The translations under genes and the position numbers were made by a program. From positions 9,486,001 through 9,550,000 of the forward strand of contig OZ024744.1 in NCBI GenBank assembly GCA_964016885.1: 64,000 bases of DNA, given 5' to 3'. This document shows, piece after piece, positions 11,181 through 24,700 of the stretch (the first letter of the stretch is position 1; the number at the start of each line of letters is the position of its first letter). The notes beneath the pieces are model-generated. The model was not told the origin of the DNA. It saw nothing but the letters and a program-made list of their open reading frames with translations, and did no database searches. The DNA is from Eledone cirrhosa. Its lineage: Eukaryota.

Positions 11181-11823
11181 CTAGCAGTGGTACCCGGCAT
11201 TGCACGGGATAAGGTATTTTGGAATGTGGGCCACCAACAGACCTAATCGTGGAAAAACTGCATGCCTGGACAATATATAAAGAAAATAAACCGAATACTC
11301 TGATGGCTGGATAATCTTTAAGATTTTCCTCGATGAAGCAGGAAAAATGCAGGTTTTCACCTAATGCGGGCCCTGGGGGATCAAGAAAATGAATTTTTTT
11401 AATGTGCATAATATGCTTTGAAATTTCGGGAAAATTGGCTAGACGTAACGCCTCAAAAAAGCCCTAAAAAGCTGAAAAAATGAAGTTTTTCACCTAATGC
11501 AGGCCCTAGGCCATAAACAAGTTGGATTATCTTTGCTCACGGTATGAAGAAGAGACTGACTAATACATAGTTACAATTTCAAGGAAATCAGTCTGACGTA
11601 ACGCCTCAAAATAACCCTAAAAAGCTGAAAAAACGCAGTTTTTCACCTAATGTAGGCCCTAGGGGATCAAAAATTTGAAATATGTGCATAACACTCCCTG
11701 AAACATAAGTAATACACATGTAAAGTTTGAAAAAAGTTGGTTGGGTACTTCTCGAGTTTTAGGGATTCAAACTCGTAGACACACACACACACAGAAAGAC
11801 ATCCTCAGTTTTATATATATAGA
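11181..11823 (-). mobile_element. Non-autonomous Helitron-like element
   Basis: On the minus strand it starts A|TCTATATATATAAAA and ends with hairpin CCCGTGCAATGCCGGG plus CTAG; internal subrepeats. Confidence 0.7.
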
Positions 11824-11884
11824 TGTCGTGCATGAGGGTTTGTGTCTGTGTGTGTTGGTGTGGGATGTCATTATTTCATCATCA

Positions 11885-12102
11885 TTAGGGCGGTGGATTG
11901 GCAGTATCGGTAGAGGTTCGGACACCATGCTTTGCAGCATAGAGTTACGGCCCTTTATGATCTGAGTTCAAATTCCGCCGAGGTTAACTTTGCCTTTCAT
12001 CCTTACGCGGTCGATAAAATAAAGTACCAGTCACGCACTGGGGTCGATTTAATCGACTTTCCCCTCGCCCAAAATTGCAGATCCTGTGCCTATATAAGAA
12101 AC
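11885..12102 (+). mobile_element. tRNA-derived SINE, family A
   Basis: Reverse complement of the 1362-1547 family. Confidence 0.75.
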
Positions 12103-12379
12103 CATTATTTCATCATCATTTTTTCCATGCTTGCTTTGGTTAGAAGGGCGGTAAGTCTTGCCAGGGTTTGGCCATGTGTCGCACCTTGCTCTGGCAAGGA
12201 CTGTAAGTTTGGCCGGGTATTTAAGCAACCAGTCCACACTGTAAAGTGGTCATGTAGGTGTCACAACAAAAAGCACCCAGTCCACACTGTAAAGTGGTCA
12301 TGTAGGTGTCACAACAAAAAGCACCCAGTCCACACTGTAAAGTGGTCATGTAGGTGTCTCAACAAAAAGTACCCAGACT

Positions 12380-12713
12380 GGGCGCTTTTTTGCCGTGGCA
12401 CCTCCACAACCACTTTACAGTCAGGGCTGGGTGCTTTTTTGCCGTGGCACCTCCACAACCACTTTACAGTCAGGGCTGGGTGCTTTTTTGCCGTGGCACC
12501 TCCACAACCACTTTACAGTCAGGGCTGGGTGCTTTTTTGCAGTGGAATGATAGGGACCCCACTCCCTATCATCTCATTTCTACAGCTGAGTAAACTGGAA
12601 CAATGTGAAATAAAGTGTTTTGCTCAAGGAAACAACACATCACCCAGTCTGAGAATTGAACTCACAACCTTTCGATTACAAGCCCAATGCTCTAACCACT
12701 AAGCCATGTGCCT
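12380..12713 (-). mobile_element. tRNA-derived SINE, family B, with an internal 50-bp tandem triplication
   Basis: Reverse complement of 8564-8900. Confidence 0.8.
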
Positions 12714-12744
12714 CCATTTTATGTTTTTAAATTATTTTTCACAG

Positions 12745-12912
12745 GAAGAACTCGATGTCAAGGTCCTTGTCTTCCAAAACAAGAAACTCTGCGAGCGTAT
12801 TGATCAACGTCGCCTTGCCGAAGACGATCTTCAACGACGTGTTGAGCAACTGGAGGACAGACAACGTCATGATGATGCCATGTTAATGATTGTGAATCGC
12901 TATTGGAATCAG
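12745..12912 (+). CDS. BRE1: BRE1 coding exon 2
   Basis: [18 protein letters not shown]...VNRYWNQ, the conserved BRE1 N-terminal coiled coil; TTTTCACAG acceptor and GT donor; 168 nt. Confidence 0.95.
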
Positions 12913-13065
12913 GTTAGCGAACACTTTCTTTAGTATCACTGTCGCTGTTATCATCTTTTAATGTCCATTTCCTTGCTATAAAGTAAAGAGCCATCTCTGA
13001 TCATCATCATCATTTAACGTCCATCTTCCACACTAGCAAGGGTAGGACAATAATTGCATTTTACA

Positions 13066-14313
13066 TCCATTTACCATTTACATTACTCTATATATACTAT
13101 TGTATTTTCACAGTAAAGGCTTTACCTCACATAATATCTCACATAACATTTACATTACTCTATATATACTATTGTATTTTCACAGTAAAGGCTTTACCTC
13201 ACATAATATCTCACATAACATTTACATTACACTATATATACTATTGTATTTTCACAGTAAAGGCTTTACCTCACATAATATCTCACATAACATTTACATT
13301 ACTCTATATAAACTATTGTATTTTCACAGTAAAGGCTTTACCTCACATAATATCTCACATAACATTTACATTACTCTATATATACTATTGTATTTTCACA
13401 GTAAAGGCTTTACCTCACATAATATCTCACATAACATTTACATTACACTATATATACTATTGTATTTTCACAGTAAAGGCTTTACCTCACACAATATCTC
13501 ACATAACATTTACATTACTCTATATAAACTATTGTATTTTCACAGTAAAGGCTTTACCTCACATAATATCTCATAACATTTACATTACTCTATATATACT
13601 ATTGTATTTTCACAGTAAAGGCTTTACCTCACATAATATCCAACATAACATTTACATTACTCTATATATACTATTGTATTTTCACAGTAAAGGCTTTACC
13701 TCACACAATATCTCACATAACATTTACATTACTCTATATATACTATTGTATTTTCACAGTAAATGCTTTACCTCACATAATATCTCACATAACATTTACA
13801 TTACTCTATATATACTATTGTATTTTCACAGTAAAGGCTTTACCTCACATAATATCCAACATAACATTTACATTACTCTATATATACTATTGTATTTTCA
13901 TAGTAAAGGCTTTACCTCACATAATATCCAACATAACATTTACATTACTCTATATATACTATTGTATTGTCACAGTAAAGGCTTTACCTCACATAATATC
14001 TCACATAACATTTACATTACACTATATATACTATTGTATTTTCACAGTAAAGGCTTTACCTCACATAATATCTCGCATAACATTTACATTACTCTATATA
14101 TACTATTGTATTTTCACAGTAAAGGTTTTACCTCACATAATATCTCACATAACATTTACATTACTCTATATATACTATTGTATTTTCACAGTAAAGGCTT
14201 TACCTCACATAATATCTCACATAACATTTACATTACTCTATATATACTATTGTATTTTCACAGTAAAGGCTTTACCTCACATAATATCTCATATAACATT
14301 TAGATTACTCTAT
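13066..14313 (+). repeat. 72-bp minisatellite array A (~17 units)
   Basis: Unit ACATTTACATTACTCTATATATACTATTGTATTTTCACAGTAAAGGCTTTACCTCACATAATATCTCACATA. Confidence 0.97.
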
Positions 14314-14348
14314 CGACCCCATTTCATTTCATTTAATTTTATTTTCAG

Positions 14349-14412
14349 CTTGATGAAGATGTTCGCGTGTTATTACAACGGTTTGATGCAGAAACTGCTG
14401 ATGATTCTGAAG
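14349..14412 (+). CDS. BRE1: BRE1 coding exon 3
   Basis: LDEDVRVLLQRFDAETADDSE; TTTTCAG acceptor, GTAAAT donor; 64 nt, phase 0 to 1. Confidence 0.92.
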
Positions 14413-14458
14413 GTAAATTATCTGTTTAAACCCTCAACATCTCTATAAAACTGTTTAA

Positions 14459-15678
14459 CCCTTTAGTGTTCAAACTGCCCGAAACCAGCCGAAAGCACCC
14501 ACACTAATATATCGTTCTAAAAATAAACAAACCATCAAACTCTCGTCAATTTGAGATTACTGCGAGATTAGGCCCTTACCACGAAAATTAACACTTAATA
14601 TAGTGAAACAACTTAAAACAAGTGTTTTTTTAACGTTGAAAGTAGAACAGATTTTTTGTGTATCAACATGGCTTATGAAAGTAGCGATACCGACTTTGAA
14701 GGTTTTACACACGACGACATTCAGAATAAACAAGAAACAAAAGATAATATTAGTGATTTATCTTCAAATGTTTACATTACTGAAATTTCATTCGACGATG
14801 ATTGTTTTGAAAGTGAAAACGAAGGAGATCTCCAGGGCGCCATTGAAGATATTACAGCAACATGGTTGAAAAATAGCACACTAATATATGTTCCTGATTT
14901 TATTCAAAATACTGGTCCACAACACATTAGCTCCCGATGATAAAGCACTAGATTATTTCTTTTTGTTTTTACCACAAACTTTCTTCGAAGTTGTTGCAGA
15001 AAAGATTAATCGATATGCCCAACAACAGATTTCAAATCAAGGTAAACCCGATCTGTTTGACGACCGACAGATCCTGCGGAAATGCAAGCATTTTTTACCG
15101 TAAATATTATGTTCGGTATAAAACAATTTCCAAGACTGTTGAATTACTGGAGCACTGATATAAGGTTTAGTGATTCTTATATATCAAGTATTATGCCGAA
15201 AACAACATATTTAAAATTAAACCAGTATTTGCACCTGGTTGATACTTCAGATGCCCCTATTAATTAATTTCACCTGCCCATAAAAGTCAAATTTAACAAA
15301 AAAAATCAGGTAAAATTATATAATTGTAAATTATTGATATTTAAACATCTACTGACAAAATTTCAAGCCTGCACATAGAAAATTAAGAAAATTACAAACA
15401 AATAAAATTGATAACACTCTTGAGTATGATTAACTGAAAATAATTGTTTCTACTTTTTGGCACAAGGCCAGTAATAATCCAGTGTATTACTGGTACTTTA
15501 TTTTATCCATCCCGTAATGATGAAAGGCAGAGTTAACCTTGGCGGGATTTGAACTCAGAATGGCAAGTGCCGTAACTCTATGTCAAAGCATGGCGTCTGA
15601 CCCACTACCGATACTGCCAATGAAAATAATGTGAACAGATAAGCAAGACGTTTGAAAATTAATGCGAATGCTAAAGGG
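14459..15678 (+). mobile_element. Defective piggyBac element with a truncated transposase N-terminus
   Basis: TTAA|CCCTTTAG...CTAAAGGG|TTAA; PGBD-like peptides (FFEVVAEKINRYAQQ, LLNYWSTD, YLHLVD); nested SINE A. Confidence 0.9.
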
Positions 15679-16094
15679 TTAAACTCTCAACATCTAAACT
15701 ATAATAAATAAAGTAAGGTATGGTTTATAATTTTTTATCCCATTAGTAAAATAAGTTGGATTACTTTGAATAAACAATGAATGAATATTACATAATTTAT
15801 CTACTAAATTTTGTGGCTATTGATTAAATATATTTTTTACTTATTTAAAGATTCACTTCTTTAAAATTTCTGAAATGTCAACACTTCCGGCTGGACTGGT
15901 GTAATTCCTTAAAAGGGTTATTATAGTATGATCATTTCAATGACCGGGTTCAGTATGAATCCGGTGACTTCATCAGGTATTCGAAGTATAACAAAGGAAT
16001 ATAATAGACAAAATCCATGGGGCTAAAAATCAGAGACATGAGGGTGTTCGAGCATTTAGCAGCTTTTACCCCGGTCGGCCGCCCTCTCACTACT

Positions 16095-16632
16095 TGTCAC
16101 GGTCCTTCGTCATCTCCTCGGTGAGTTTCAGCAATCTGAGGTCTGTTCTCACCACCTCCGCCCATGTTTTTCGTGGTCTTCCTCTACTGTGATTTCTTGG
16201 CACTTCTTTACCCAGCGGTCATCCTCCATGTACATCACATGTCCATACCATCTCAGTCTTCTCTCCCTTACACTACAACTTATCCCTCTTACCCACAGTT
16301 TTTCGTGGTCTTCCTCTACTGTGATTTCTTGGCACTTCTTTACCCAGCGGTCATCCACCATGTACATCACATGTCCATACCATCTCAGTCTTCTCTCCCC
16401 TACACTACAACTTATCCCTCTTATCCAGTTTCTCTCTCACCACCTCCGCCCATGTTTTTTGTGGTCTTCCTCTACTGGGCTTTCTTGGCACTTCTTTACC
16501 CAGCGGTCATCCTCCATGTACATCACATGTCCATACTATCTCAGTCTTCTCTCCCCTACACTACAACTTATCCCTCTTATCCACAGTTTCTCTCTCACCA
16601 CCTCCGCCCATGTTTTTTGTGGTCTTCCTCTT
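16095..16632 (-). mobile_element. RTE LINE 3' fragment with internal tandem duplications
   Basis: ERRLRWYGHVMYMEDDRWVKKC occurs three times. Confidence 0.85.
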
Positions 16633-17022
16633 CTATGCACCAAACTCTATAACCTGACAAGTGATTGCAATACTCTTAGAGTTTGCAGCAACCATATATT
16701 ATATATAAATTAATTATTTTATTTATTATATATTATTAACAATTTTTGTATAGGCAGGTCTCTCTAGAAATATGGTTGGGCGATTACTTAGGGAGTTATG
16801 AGGCTGTGAGGGACTGGGGTCCCTATCATTCCACTGCAAAGTGGTCGTGGAGGTGTCGCGGCAAAAAAGCATCCAGCACTGACTGTAAATGAGGTTGGTG
16901 TTAGGAAGGACATCCAGCTGTAGAAATCAAGCCAGAATCAGTTCCCGTCCCACCCTTGCAAGCAGGGAAAAAGCGGATGTAAAATGATGATGATGATATA
17001 TACATGTCTCTGTATGTATATA

Positions 17023-17819
17023 CACGAGGTGAGTCAGAAAAGTTCCAGGACTGATGTCACAAAAGATTTATTTCAAACCCAAACTTCACACGAAGAGTTT
17101 TCTGCTTCAAAGTAATCCCCCTGGAGTCTAATGCATCCTTTTCTGCCACGCTTGCATGCACTCCTGGAAGGATTCTTCCGGTTCCTCTGCAGTTCCGTCG
17201 TCACGGCCCTTTTGATGTTGTCCATGTCTTCAAAACGGGTCGAAGATCCATGACTCATCACCGGTGATGACTGTCCCTAGCAAGTCTGGTTCGGTTTCAA
17301 GACACTCGAGGATATCCTGGCACCATCTTCACGCAGACTTTCCGCATGTCCAAATCTTCAGTGAGAATCTTCCAGATGCTGTCCCGATTCATGCCCAGCT
17401 CATTTGCCATCAGTCGAACAGTCAGCCGACGATCGCTAAGCACCATCTGCCTGACGCGCTCAACATTTACCTCAGTCCTGGTTATTGATGGCCTTCCGCT
17501 CCTGGGGTCATCTTGCACCACTCAAAAACACGTGAGCGTGACACTGTCTCATCTCCATACACTTGCTGCAGCTATCTCAGTGCTTCTGACGGAGTTTTCC
17601 CCAACCGTTCGTTGCTCTCTGCTCATTGCTTGACGACCTGAAACAGATGACATGTATATAAAATTATGAAGAAAAAAGTTTGATCGCTGCAGAGAGCTAA
17701 GATTACAGTTACATCCTCCAGGGGGATTACTTTGAAGGAGAAAACTCTTAGTGTGAAGTTTGGGTTTGAAATAAATCTTTTGTGACATCCGTCCTGGAAC
17801 TTTTCTGACACACCTCGTA
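17023..17819 (-). mobile_element. Internally deleted mariner (Tc1/mariner) element
   Basis: Long TIRs (YACGAGGTG.GTCAGAAAAGTTCCAGGAC), TA TSD, peptide DDPRSGRP...DRRLTVR...LTEDLDMRKV. Confidence 0.92.
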
Positions 17820-17823
17820 TATA

Positions 17824-17930
17824 TAACGAAGGAAGTGTGGTAATAAACCAGATGAACCATAATGCACCAGAGTACTCAATACTTAGCCGTCGAAACGGCT
17901 TGATCTCTGCCGTCGGAGTTAAACATTTTC
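17824..17930. mobile_element. Penelope-like terminal fragment with an inverted half
   Basis: Reverse complement of the 9919-family 3' end, fused to forward GAAACGGCT-TGATCTC-TGCCG-TC. Confidence 0.5.
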
Positions 17931-18321
17931 CTATATATATATATATATATATACATGTCTCTGTGTATTTTAATTATTTTTAAGTGAACATGATTTTAAA
18001 AAAATATTTTGAAGCGAACGTGTCCCAATGGGTCACGGGTGGTCTAGTTTCTATAAAACTGTTTAAACTCCTGACATCATCATCCCCTTCGTTTAACGTC
18101 CATCTTACACGCTAGCATGGGTTAGACTGTAAAACTGGTTGCAATGAGCCAAAGACTGCATGGTTGCTCAGCCTGCTAGAAATAGCTGTCAAATCTCTTT
18201 CATATCACACCGTACCTTTTTAAAAAAAAAGAGATGATTCATTGAAAAGTGTAGCTCTACATAAACTATATCTGAATGTGTTTGGTTAGCTCTCACTAGA
18301 TGAGGGCTACCTTGAGATTAA

Positions 18322-18755
18322 CCCTTTCGCATTCGCATTAATTTTCAAATGTCATGCTTATCTGTTCGCATTATTTTCTAAAGTAGCAGTAATGTACTGG
18401 GTATTTGCTGGCCTTGTGCCAAAAGTAGAAACAATTATTTTGAGTTAATCATAATCAGGAGGGTTATCAATTTTATTTGTTTTTAATTTTCATAATTTTC
18501 TATGTGCAGGCTTGAAATTTTGTCTAGATGTTTAAATATCAATAATTTACAATTATATAATTTTACCTGATTTTTTTTTGTTAAATTTGACTTTTATGAG
18601 CAGATGAAATTTAAAAAAGTTAAAAAAACATGTTGTTTTAAGTTGTTTCACTATATTAAGTGTTAATTTTCATGGTAAGGGCCTAATCTCGCAGTAATCT
18701 CGAATTGACGAGATTTTGATGATGGTTTATTTATTTTTAGAACGATATTTTAGTC
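18322..18755 (-). mobile_element. piggyBac deletion derivative (same family as 14459)
   Basis: TTAA|CCCTTTCGCATT end; matches both subterminal regions in reverse. Confidence 0.8.
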
Positions 18756-19249
18756 TAACCCATGCTAGCGTGGAAAATGGACGTTAAGCGAAGATGATGA
18801 TGATATATATATATATAAAGTCGGCTCAAAAGACACACAGAGTGGACTGAGGTTAGCTGGACATACTCACCGAGATCCAGAGTTGACACTGCACTCAGTG
18901 CTCCTGTGGGAGCCCCTGCATGGACACACTGGAAGAGGTAGACCAAGGTTAACATATGTTGATGCCCTAAGGACAGACACTACGCCATTATTGTACTGTA
19001 ATGTCATGAAATATCATCACAGTAACTAACGTCGATTTTTCTTCCTTGTATTCTCCTGACAGAAAAACCATTATTGCCAACATTGGGAAGACCGAGTGGG
19101 GAGCAAAAGTTTGTATATATAGAACTAACTCCGAATTGCAGGTTGGGGTGAAATTTCTAAGATATCTTGAAGTGCAACCCATGCTCGTCCTTGATTTTCT
19201 CAAAATCGTGACAGCTGTGACACCAAATCTTTGTGTAGTGATGTATGTG

Positions 19250-19432
19250 AATTGGCAGTATTGGTAGAGGGTCGGACGCCATGCTTTGTAGCATAGAGTT
19301 ATGGCCCTTTATGATCTAAGTTCAAATCCCGCCGAAGTTAACTTTCCCTTTCATCCTTATGGGGTCGATAAAATAAAGTACCAGTAATGCACTGGTGTAA
19401 TTGCTGGCCTTGTGCCAAAAGTAGAAACAATT
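19250..19432 (+). mobile_element. tRNA-derived SINE, family A
   Basis: Same core as 11885. Confidence 0.75.
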
Positions 19433-19452
19433 ATTGTACTGTAATGTGTTGT

Positions 19453-20375
19453 TCATCATCACTGTTTTACGTCCGTTCTTCCACGCTAGCATGGGTTAGA
19501 CAGGTTGTCCTGTTGTGGGCAGTGTCCGGTCGGCTGACCTTGTCTTGCTCATACAGGAACTCATTCTGGCTTGATTTCTACAGCTGGATGCCCTTCCTAA
19601 CACCAACCTCATTTACAGTGAGTGCTGGGTGCTTTTTTCCGTGGCCCTTACACGTCCACTTTACAGTGGGAGGGTGTGGGGGCATATTGTCTATATTCTT
19701 CAGCTTCAGCTTGTACCCCTGGGGGGTCAGGTCTTCTGTATTACTGTGTGACGCCAGAGAGGTGTAATTGGGTAAGGCCAGCTTTTATCACCTCGTCCCA
19801 GGTCTTCTTGGGTCTCCCCACTTCGCGGTTTCCATCGACTTCTAGTGCTCTGCACCTTTTTATGCAGCTGTCATCCTTCATATGCATCACATGTCCATTC
19901 CAATGCAACCGCCTCTCCTGTACACAGCATTTAATTCCTCTTATGTTCAGTCTCTCTCTCAATTCATTTATGCTTTGCCGTTCACGTATATTACTATTAC
20001 ACATCCAACTGATCATGCAGGTTTCGTTTCTTTCTAATCTACGCAAGTCTTCTACAGACAACGCCCAGGTCTCACTACCATGTAACATTGCTGTTCGGAT
20101 ACATGCATCATACAGTCTGCCTTTCATTTTGAGGGAAAAGCCTTTTGCAGCTAGCAGTGGTAGTAGCTCCCTGAACTTCTTCCATCCCGTTCTTACCCTA
20201 GTTATTGTACTTTCTGAACACCCACCTCCGTTGCTAATTCGGTCACCTAGGTAGCAGAAGCTGTCTACTGTTTCTACAGGGCCCTCCCAGAGATTGGTGG
20301 TGCTTGTTTCCTTTGGCTGTTTGCTGCTTCCTGTCCCAGCACAGCTGCTGCATGTGAAGCCTACATTCTTGTTCT
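19453..20375 (-). mobile_element. RTE LINE 3' fragment
   Basis: ORF 19741-20397: FCYLGD...GWKKFRELLPLL...RRLHWNGH. Confidence 0.92.
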
Positions 20376-20415
20376 GTGGTAATATGTTTTTCTCCAATAT
20401 ATTGTATCGTTACAG

Positions 20416-20745
20416 GTGAGACTCCAGAAACTACAGCATTTCTCACGTTGCTTTCCACCTGGGATAAAGATGAGCTGGAGCAGAAACTTGGCCAGCGTGT
20501 TGAGTTTTCCAAACGTGCCATCGGCCGGCTGCTGCAAGCGTTTGACCGTTTGGTGCAACGTAACGAACGACTGCAGCGCGCCCTACGAGAGCACGTCCTT
20601 GCGTCGGCAACTGAATCGATGGCTGATGACGAGAAACCTCCAGCCCCTCCTCCTCCACCACCTCCACCACCACCACCAACATCAGAGACATCAGTGACAG
20701 GAGGCAGTGATGCCACTGATATTAAAAAGCCCAAATTGGAACTAG
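20416..20745 (+). CDS. BRE1: BRE1 coding exon 4 (includes a polyproline linker)
   Basis: ETPETTAFLTLLSTWDKDELEQKLGQRVEFSKRAIGRLLQAFDRL; TACAG acceptor, GTATGA donor; 330 nt, phase 1 to 1. Confidence 0.93.
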
Positions 20746-20756
20746 GTATGAGAATA

Positions 20757-21756
20757 TTACTGTGAAAATACAATAGTTTATATAGAGTAATGTAAATGTT
20801 ATGTCAGGTAAAGCCTTTACTGTTAAAATACAATAGTATATATAGAGTAATGTAAATATTATGTGAGATATTATGTGAGGTAAAACCTTTACTGTGAAAA
20901 TACAATAGTATATATAGAGTAATGTAAATATTATGTGAGATATTATGTGAGGTAAAGCCTTTACTGTGAAAATACAATAGTATATATAGAGTAATGTAAA
21001 TGTTATGTGAGATATTATGTGATGTAAAGCCTTTACTGTGACAATACAATAGTATATATAGAGTAATGTAAATGTTAGGTGAGATATTATGTGAGATAAA
21101 GCCTTTACTGTGACAATACAATAGTATATATAGAGTAATGTAAATGTTATGTGAGATATTATGTGAGGTAAAGCCTTTACTGTGATAATACAATAGTATA
21201 TATAGAGTAATGTAAATGTTATGTGAGGTATTATGTCAGATAAAGCCTTTACTGTGATAATACAATAGTATATATAGAGTACTAAATGTTATGTGAGGTA
21301 AAGCCTTTACTGTGAAAATACAATAGTATATATAGAGTAATGTAAATGTTAGGTGAGATATTAAGTGAGGTAAAGCCTTTACCGTGAAAATACAATAGTA
21401 TATATAGAGTAATGTAAATATTATGTGATGTAAAACCTTTACTGTGAAAATACAATAGTATATATAGAGTAATGTAAATGGTATGAGATATTATGTGAGG
21501 TAAAGCCTTTGCCGTGAAAATACAATAGTATATATAGAGTAATGTAAATGTTATGTGAGATATTATGTGATGTAAAACCTTTACTGTGACAATACAATAG
21601 TATATATAGAGTAATGTAAATGTTATGTGAGATATTATGTGATGTAAAACCTTTACTGTGACAATACAATAGTATATATAGAGTAATGTAAATGTTATGT
21701 GAGGTATTATGTGATGTAAAGCCTTTACTGTGAAAATACAATAGTATATATAGAGT
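20757..21756 (-). repeat. 72-bp minisatellite array B1
   Basis: Reverse complement of the array A unit. Confidence 0.97.
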
Positions 21757-24700
21757 GGTTTCTTTATTTGCCACTAGGGCACAAAAGGTAGGGACAGATA
21801 CAAGGGGGGAAGTTTACATATAATTAACGAGTACAAAAATATAACAATGAAATAACAACAACAAACGAAGTCCTCAATAGGGAGGGGGCATTAACATGGG
21901 TCGCACACACCCCGGAAAAAATGTGCAACTCTTCTCCTCAGGAGCACAAAGAGTAGGTGCTTCCCTCGTCTCCTCTTTTTCCTCTTCTTTCACCTACAGG
22001 CTGATATAGAGAGAAGACCCATTCACTCTGGCCATTCTCCCTACTTTCACCCACCTTTCATAAAACTTGCTGGGGTAGAGCACCTCTCTCTCCATTCTGA
22101 TCCTTCTTTTAAAATGGTATTTGAAAAAGGGGACCAGTTGTTGGCCGGTGAGAAAGTTGTCTGACCTCAGCCCTTTCAGCCTCGTCCACCATACAACTTC
22201 TTTAGCCATGGCTATCACACAGAGAAAAACCGCCTCTCCTTCGTTTTTGAAAGGGGGAGGCGGTTTGATCGTTACAATGGACTCGGTGGTCAACCGGATT
22301 GGTCCCACCCTCGACAGGTCAGCAATGCCTGGGCAATGTACGAATGCGTGCGCAACGGTTTCGTCATCATGCACGCATCTCGGACAGATCTTATTCAAAG
22401 GATCTCTACCCAGGCTCCCATGCCTGTGGAGCTTGTCTCGAACGGGTAGAGCCCCTCGGTAGCACTGCTAAGCCAGGGACTTTTGGAAGTTGTCCATCGG
22501 TCCAGGGCCAAACGTCCTACCGAACAGACTGGCCAGTTCATCTTCCTCCATGCCTAGAGCTTCTCCGAGAGCATCGTCGCACCTGCTGCGTACCAACCCT
22601 CTATAGAATGTCGAGGTGGAGTCTCCACTGATTGCCGGGTCCGCTTTCCAGAGGGCCGTGAGCGCCTGGGCACATTCAATGTGCCAGTCGCCCACTTTTC
22701 TCGGTCTTTGCTTGACCCAGGATTGCAGCTCGGTGAGCGAGACGAGTCTGGGAAAGGCTCGCCTCACAAACGGGGCCCACACCGGTTGACCGGTGAGGAA
22801 TACCTGGAGGTGCCGTAGCCTTAATGCGTGTTTACGCATCTGTAGCCACGGCATCCCCAGCCCTCCTTTCGAAGGGTGTTGACAGCAGATGGATCTCCTC
22901 ACCATAGGGTTCCGCTTGTTCCAAAGAAATTGGGACAGCGCGCACTCCATTTTGGCGAGTCTTTTCACTGGGCAAGGCATGACGGTCAAGCGGTAGTAGA
23001 TGACGGATGCTATATAAGTATTCGCCACCTCCGCTCGACCTTTCAGGGATAGTTTGCACTGTGCTCACTTCTGGGTGAGTGCAAACATCCTGGCCGTTAC
23101 CTCGTTCCAGTTTTTCTCCACCTGGAGGTCTGGTCCAAACCAGACCCCAAGCAGCTTCACCGGGCCCTCCGTCCAGCGTCCGACGACGTCGTTGGAGGGC
23201 ATCGGTTTGCCTCCATGTTCCGAGTTGCAAACCGATGGACTTGTCCCGGTTCAGCTTGGCTCCTGTAAACCTTTCATATTCCTCCAGTAAGGTGCCGATC
23301 TCACCGATTTGCGAAGTTTTCGACACCATTACTGTCACGTCATTGGCGTAGGCCGATGCCGCTTTCTGCAATCCCGGTTCCAAAGGGATGCCCTGCAACC
23401 GCTCCAACTTCCGCAGTAGTGGCTCAAGAGCCAGCACATACAGTAGGGGGGAGAGAGGGCATCCCTGTCGGATGGATCGCATGATTTGGAACGGCTCCGA
23501 GAGGTGGCCGTTCACCTTGACCCTTGAGCAGACGTTGCTGCTGTGCATCGCAGCAATCCAACCCCTGAAAACGGGTCCGAAGCCTGCCGCCGCGAGCACG
23601 GCATCCAGGTAACGATGGTCAACCCTATCGAAAGCTTTAGATTGATCCAAGTTGATCAGGACCCCACCAAAGCCGGGTTCATTCCCTACCCTCTCTATGA
23701 TGTATCGCATAAGGTGGAGATTGTCGTGAATGGACCTGGATGGGATTGTGCATGTCTGCGCTTCTCCCACCAGGTTTCCGACGACAAGCGCCAACCTCTT
23801 CGCTAACACCTTGGCCAAAATCTTTAACTCTGTATTTAGCAGAGTTATGGGCCTGAAGTTACTTATGTCATCCCCCTTGTTCTCATCCTTCCTCACCAGC
23901 GTAACTACGCCCTTGGTCACAGAACTGGGAATTCTCCCGTTCTGCTGCCAGTTGCAGTAGACCGCTTCGAGGATATCGGAGAACAAGTCCGGCATCTCTA
24001 CATATAGCTCGTATGGTAGACCATCGAGACCCGGGGATTTGCGTTTGCCGCATTGGCTCAGCGCCGCCCCTATCTCAGCAGCTGAAATCGTCCTTTCAGA
24101 GGACTTCGCCTCCGCGTCCGAGAGGCGCGGCAGACCGTCGAGGTATGGATTGAAATCCAGTCTCACCCGGCGGGCCACCCCTCTCGAACAGTCGTGCAAA
24201 GTGCCGCTGAAAGGCCGCACACATCTGCCCAGGTTCAAGGATCACACGCCCATCCTGGTCCTTCAAAGACCGAATCGTGGACTTGTTCCCACTTTTTGCC
24301 TCTGTCACTCGGGCCCAGCTCACAGCTTTGGCTCCCTCATTACCCAGAGCACGTATTTTACTCCTGACAACGCAGCCTTCATGCTTCACCTCAAAGAACT
24401 GGTCTAAGGCCATTCTTGATGCCAGCACGCCGGCTACATTGCCACTCCTAATCGCCTCTTCTACTCTATCTACTAATTCCCTTTCCGTCTTGTTCCTATC
24501 CCTTGCTAATTTCTGACTAAAACCTATCGACTCTATTCTAATTGCTCTCTTAAGAGAGCTCCACCACCTGTTGTTGACAATTGCCCCTGTCAAACTCTGC
24601 TTAACTAACGTGCTAATCCGTTTACTGTAAGCTTTGCTTCTCGGTAAGGACAAGTTCAGCTTCCAGTAACCGGGGTATGGGTTCTATCAAGGTTGGCTAT

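Noticed and set aside
13066-14313. CRISPR-like regular periodicity
   Set aside because: Units are contiguous with no unique spacers, there are no cas genes, and the context is eukaryotic.
14656-15267. Functional or domesticated PGBD gene
   Set aside because: Frameshifted, truncated before the DDD catalytic core, and still between TIRs.
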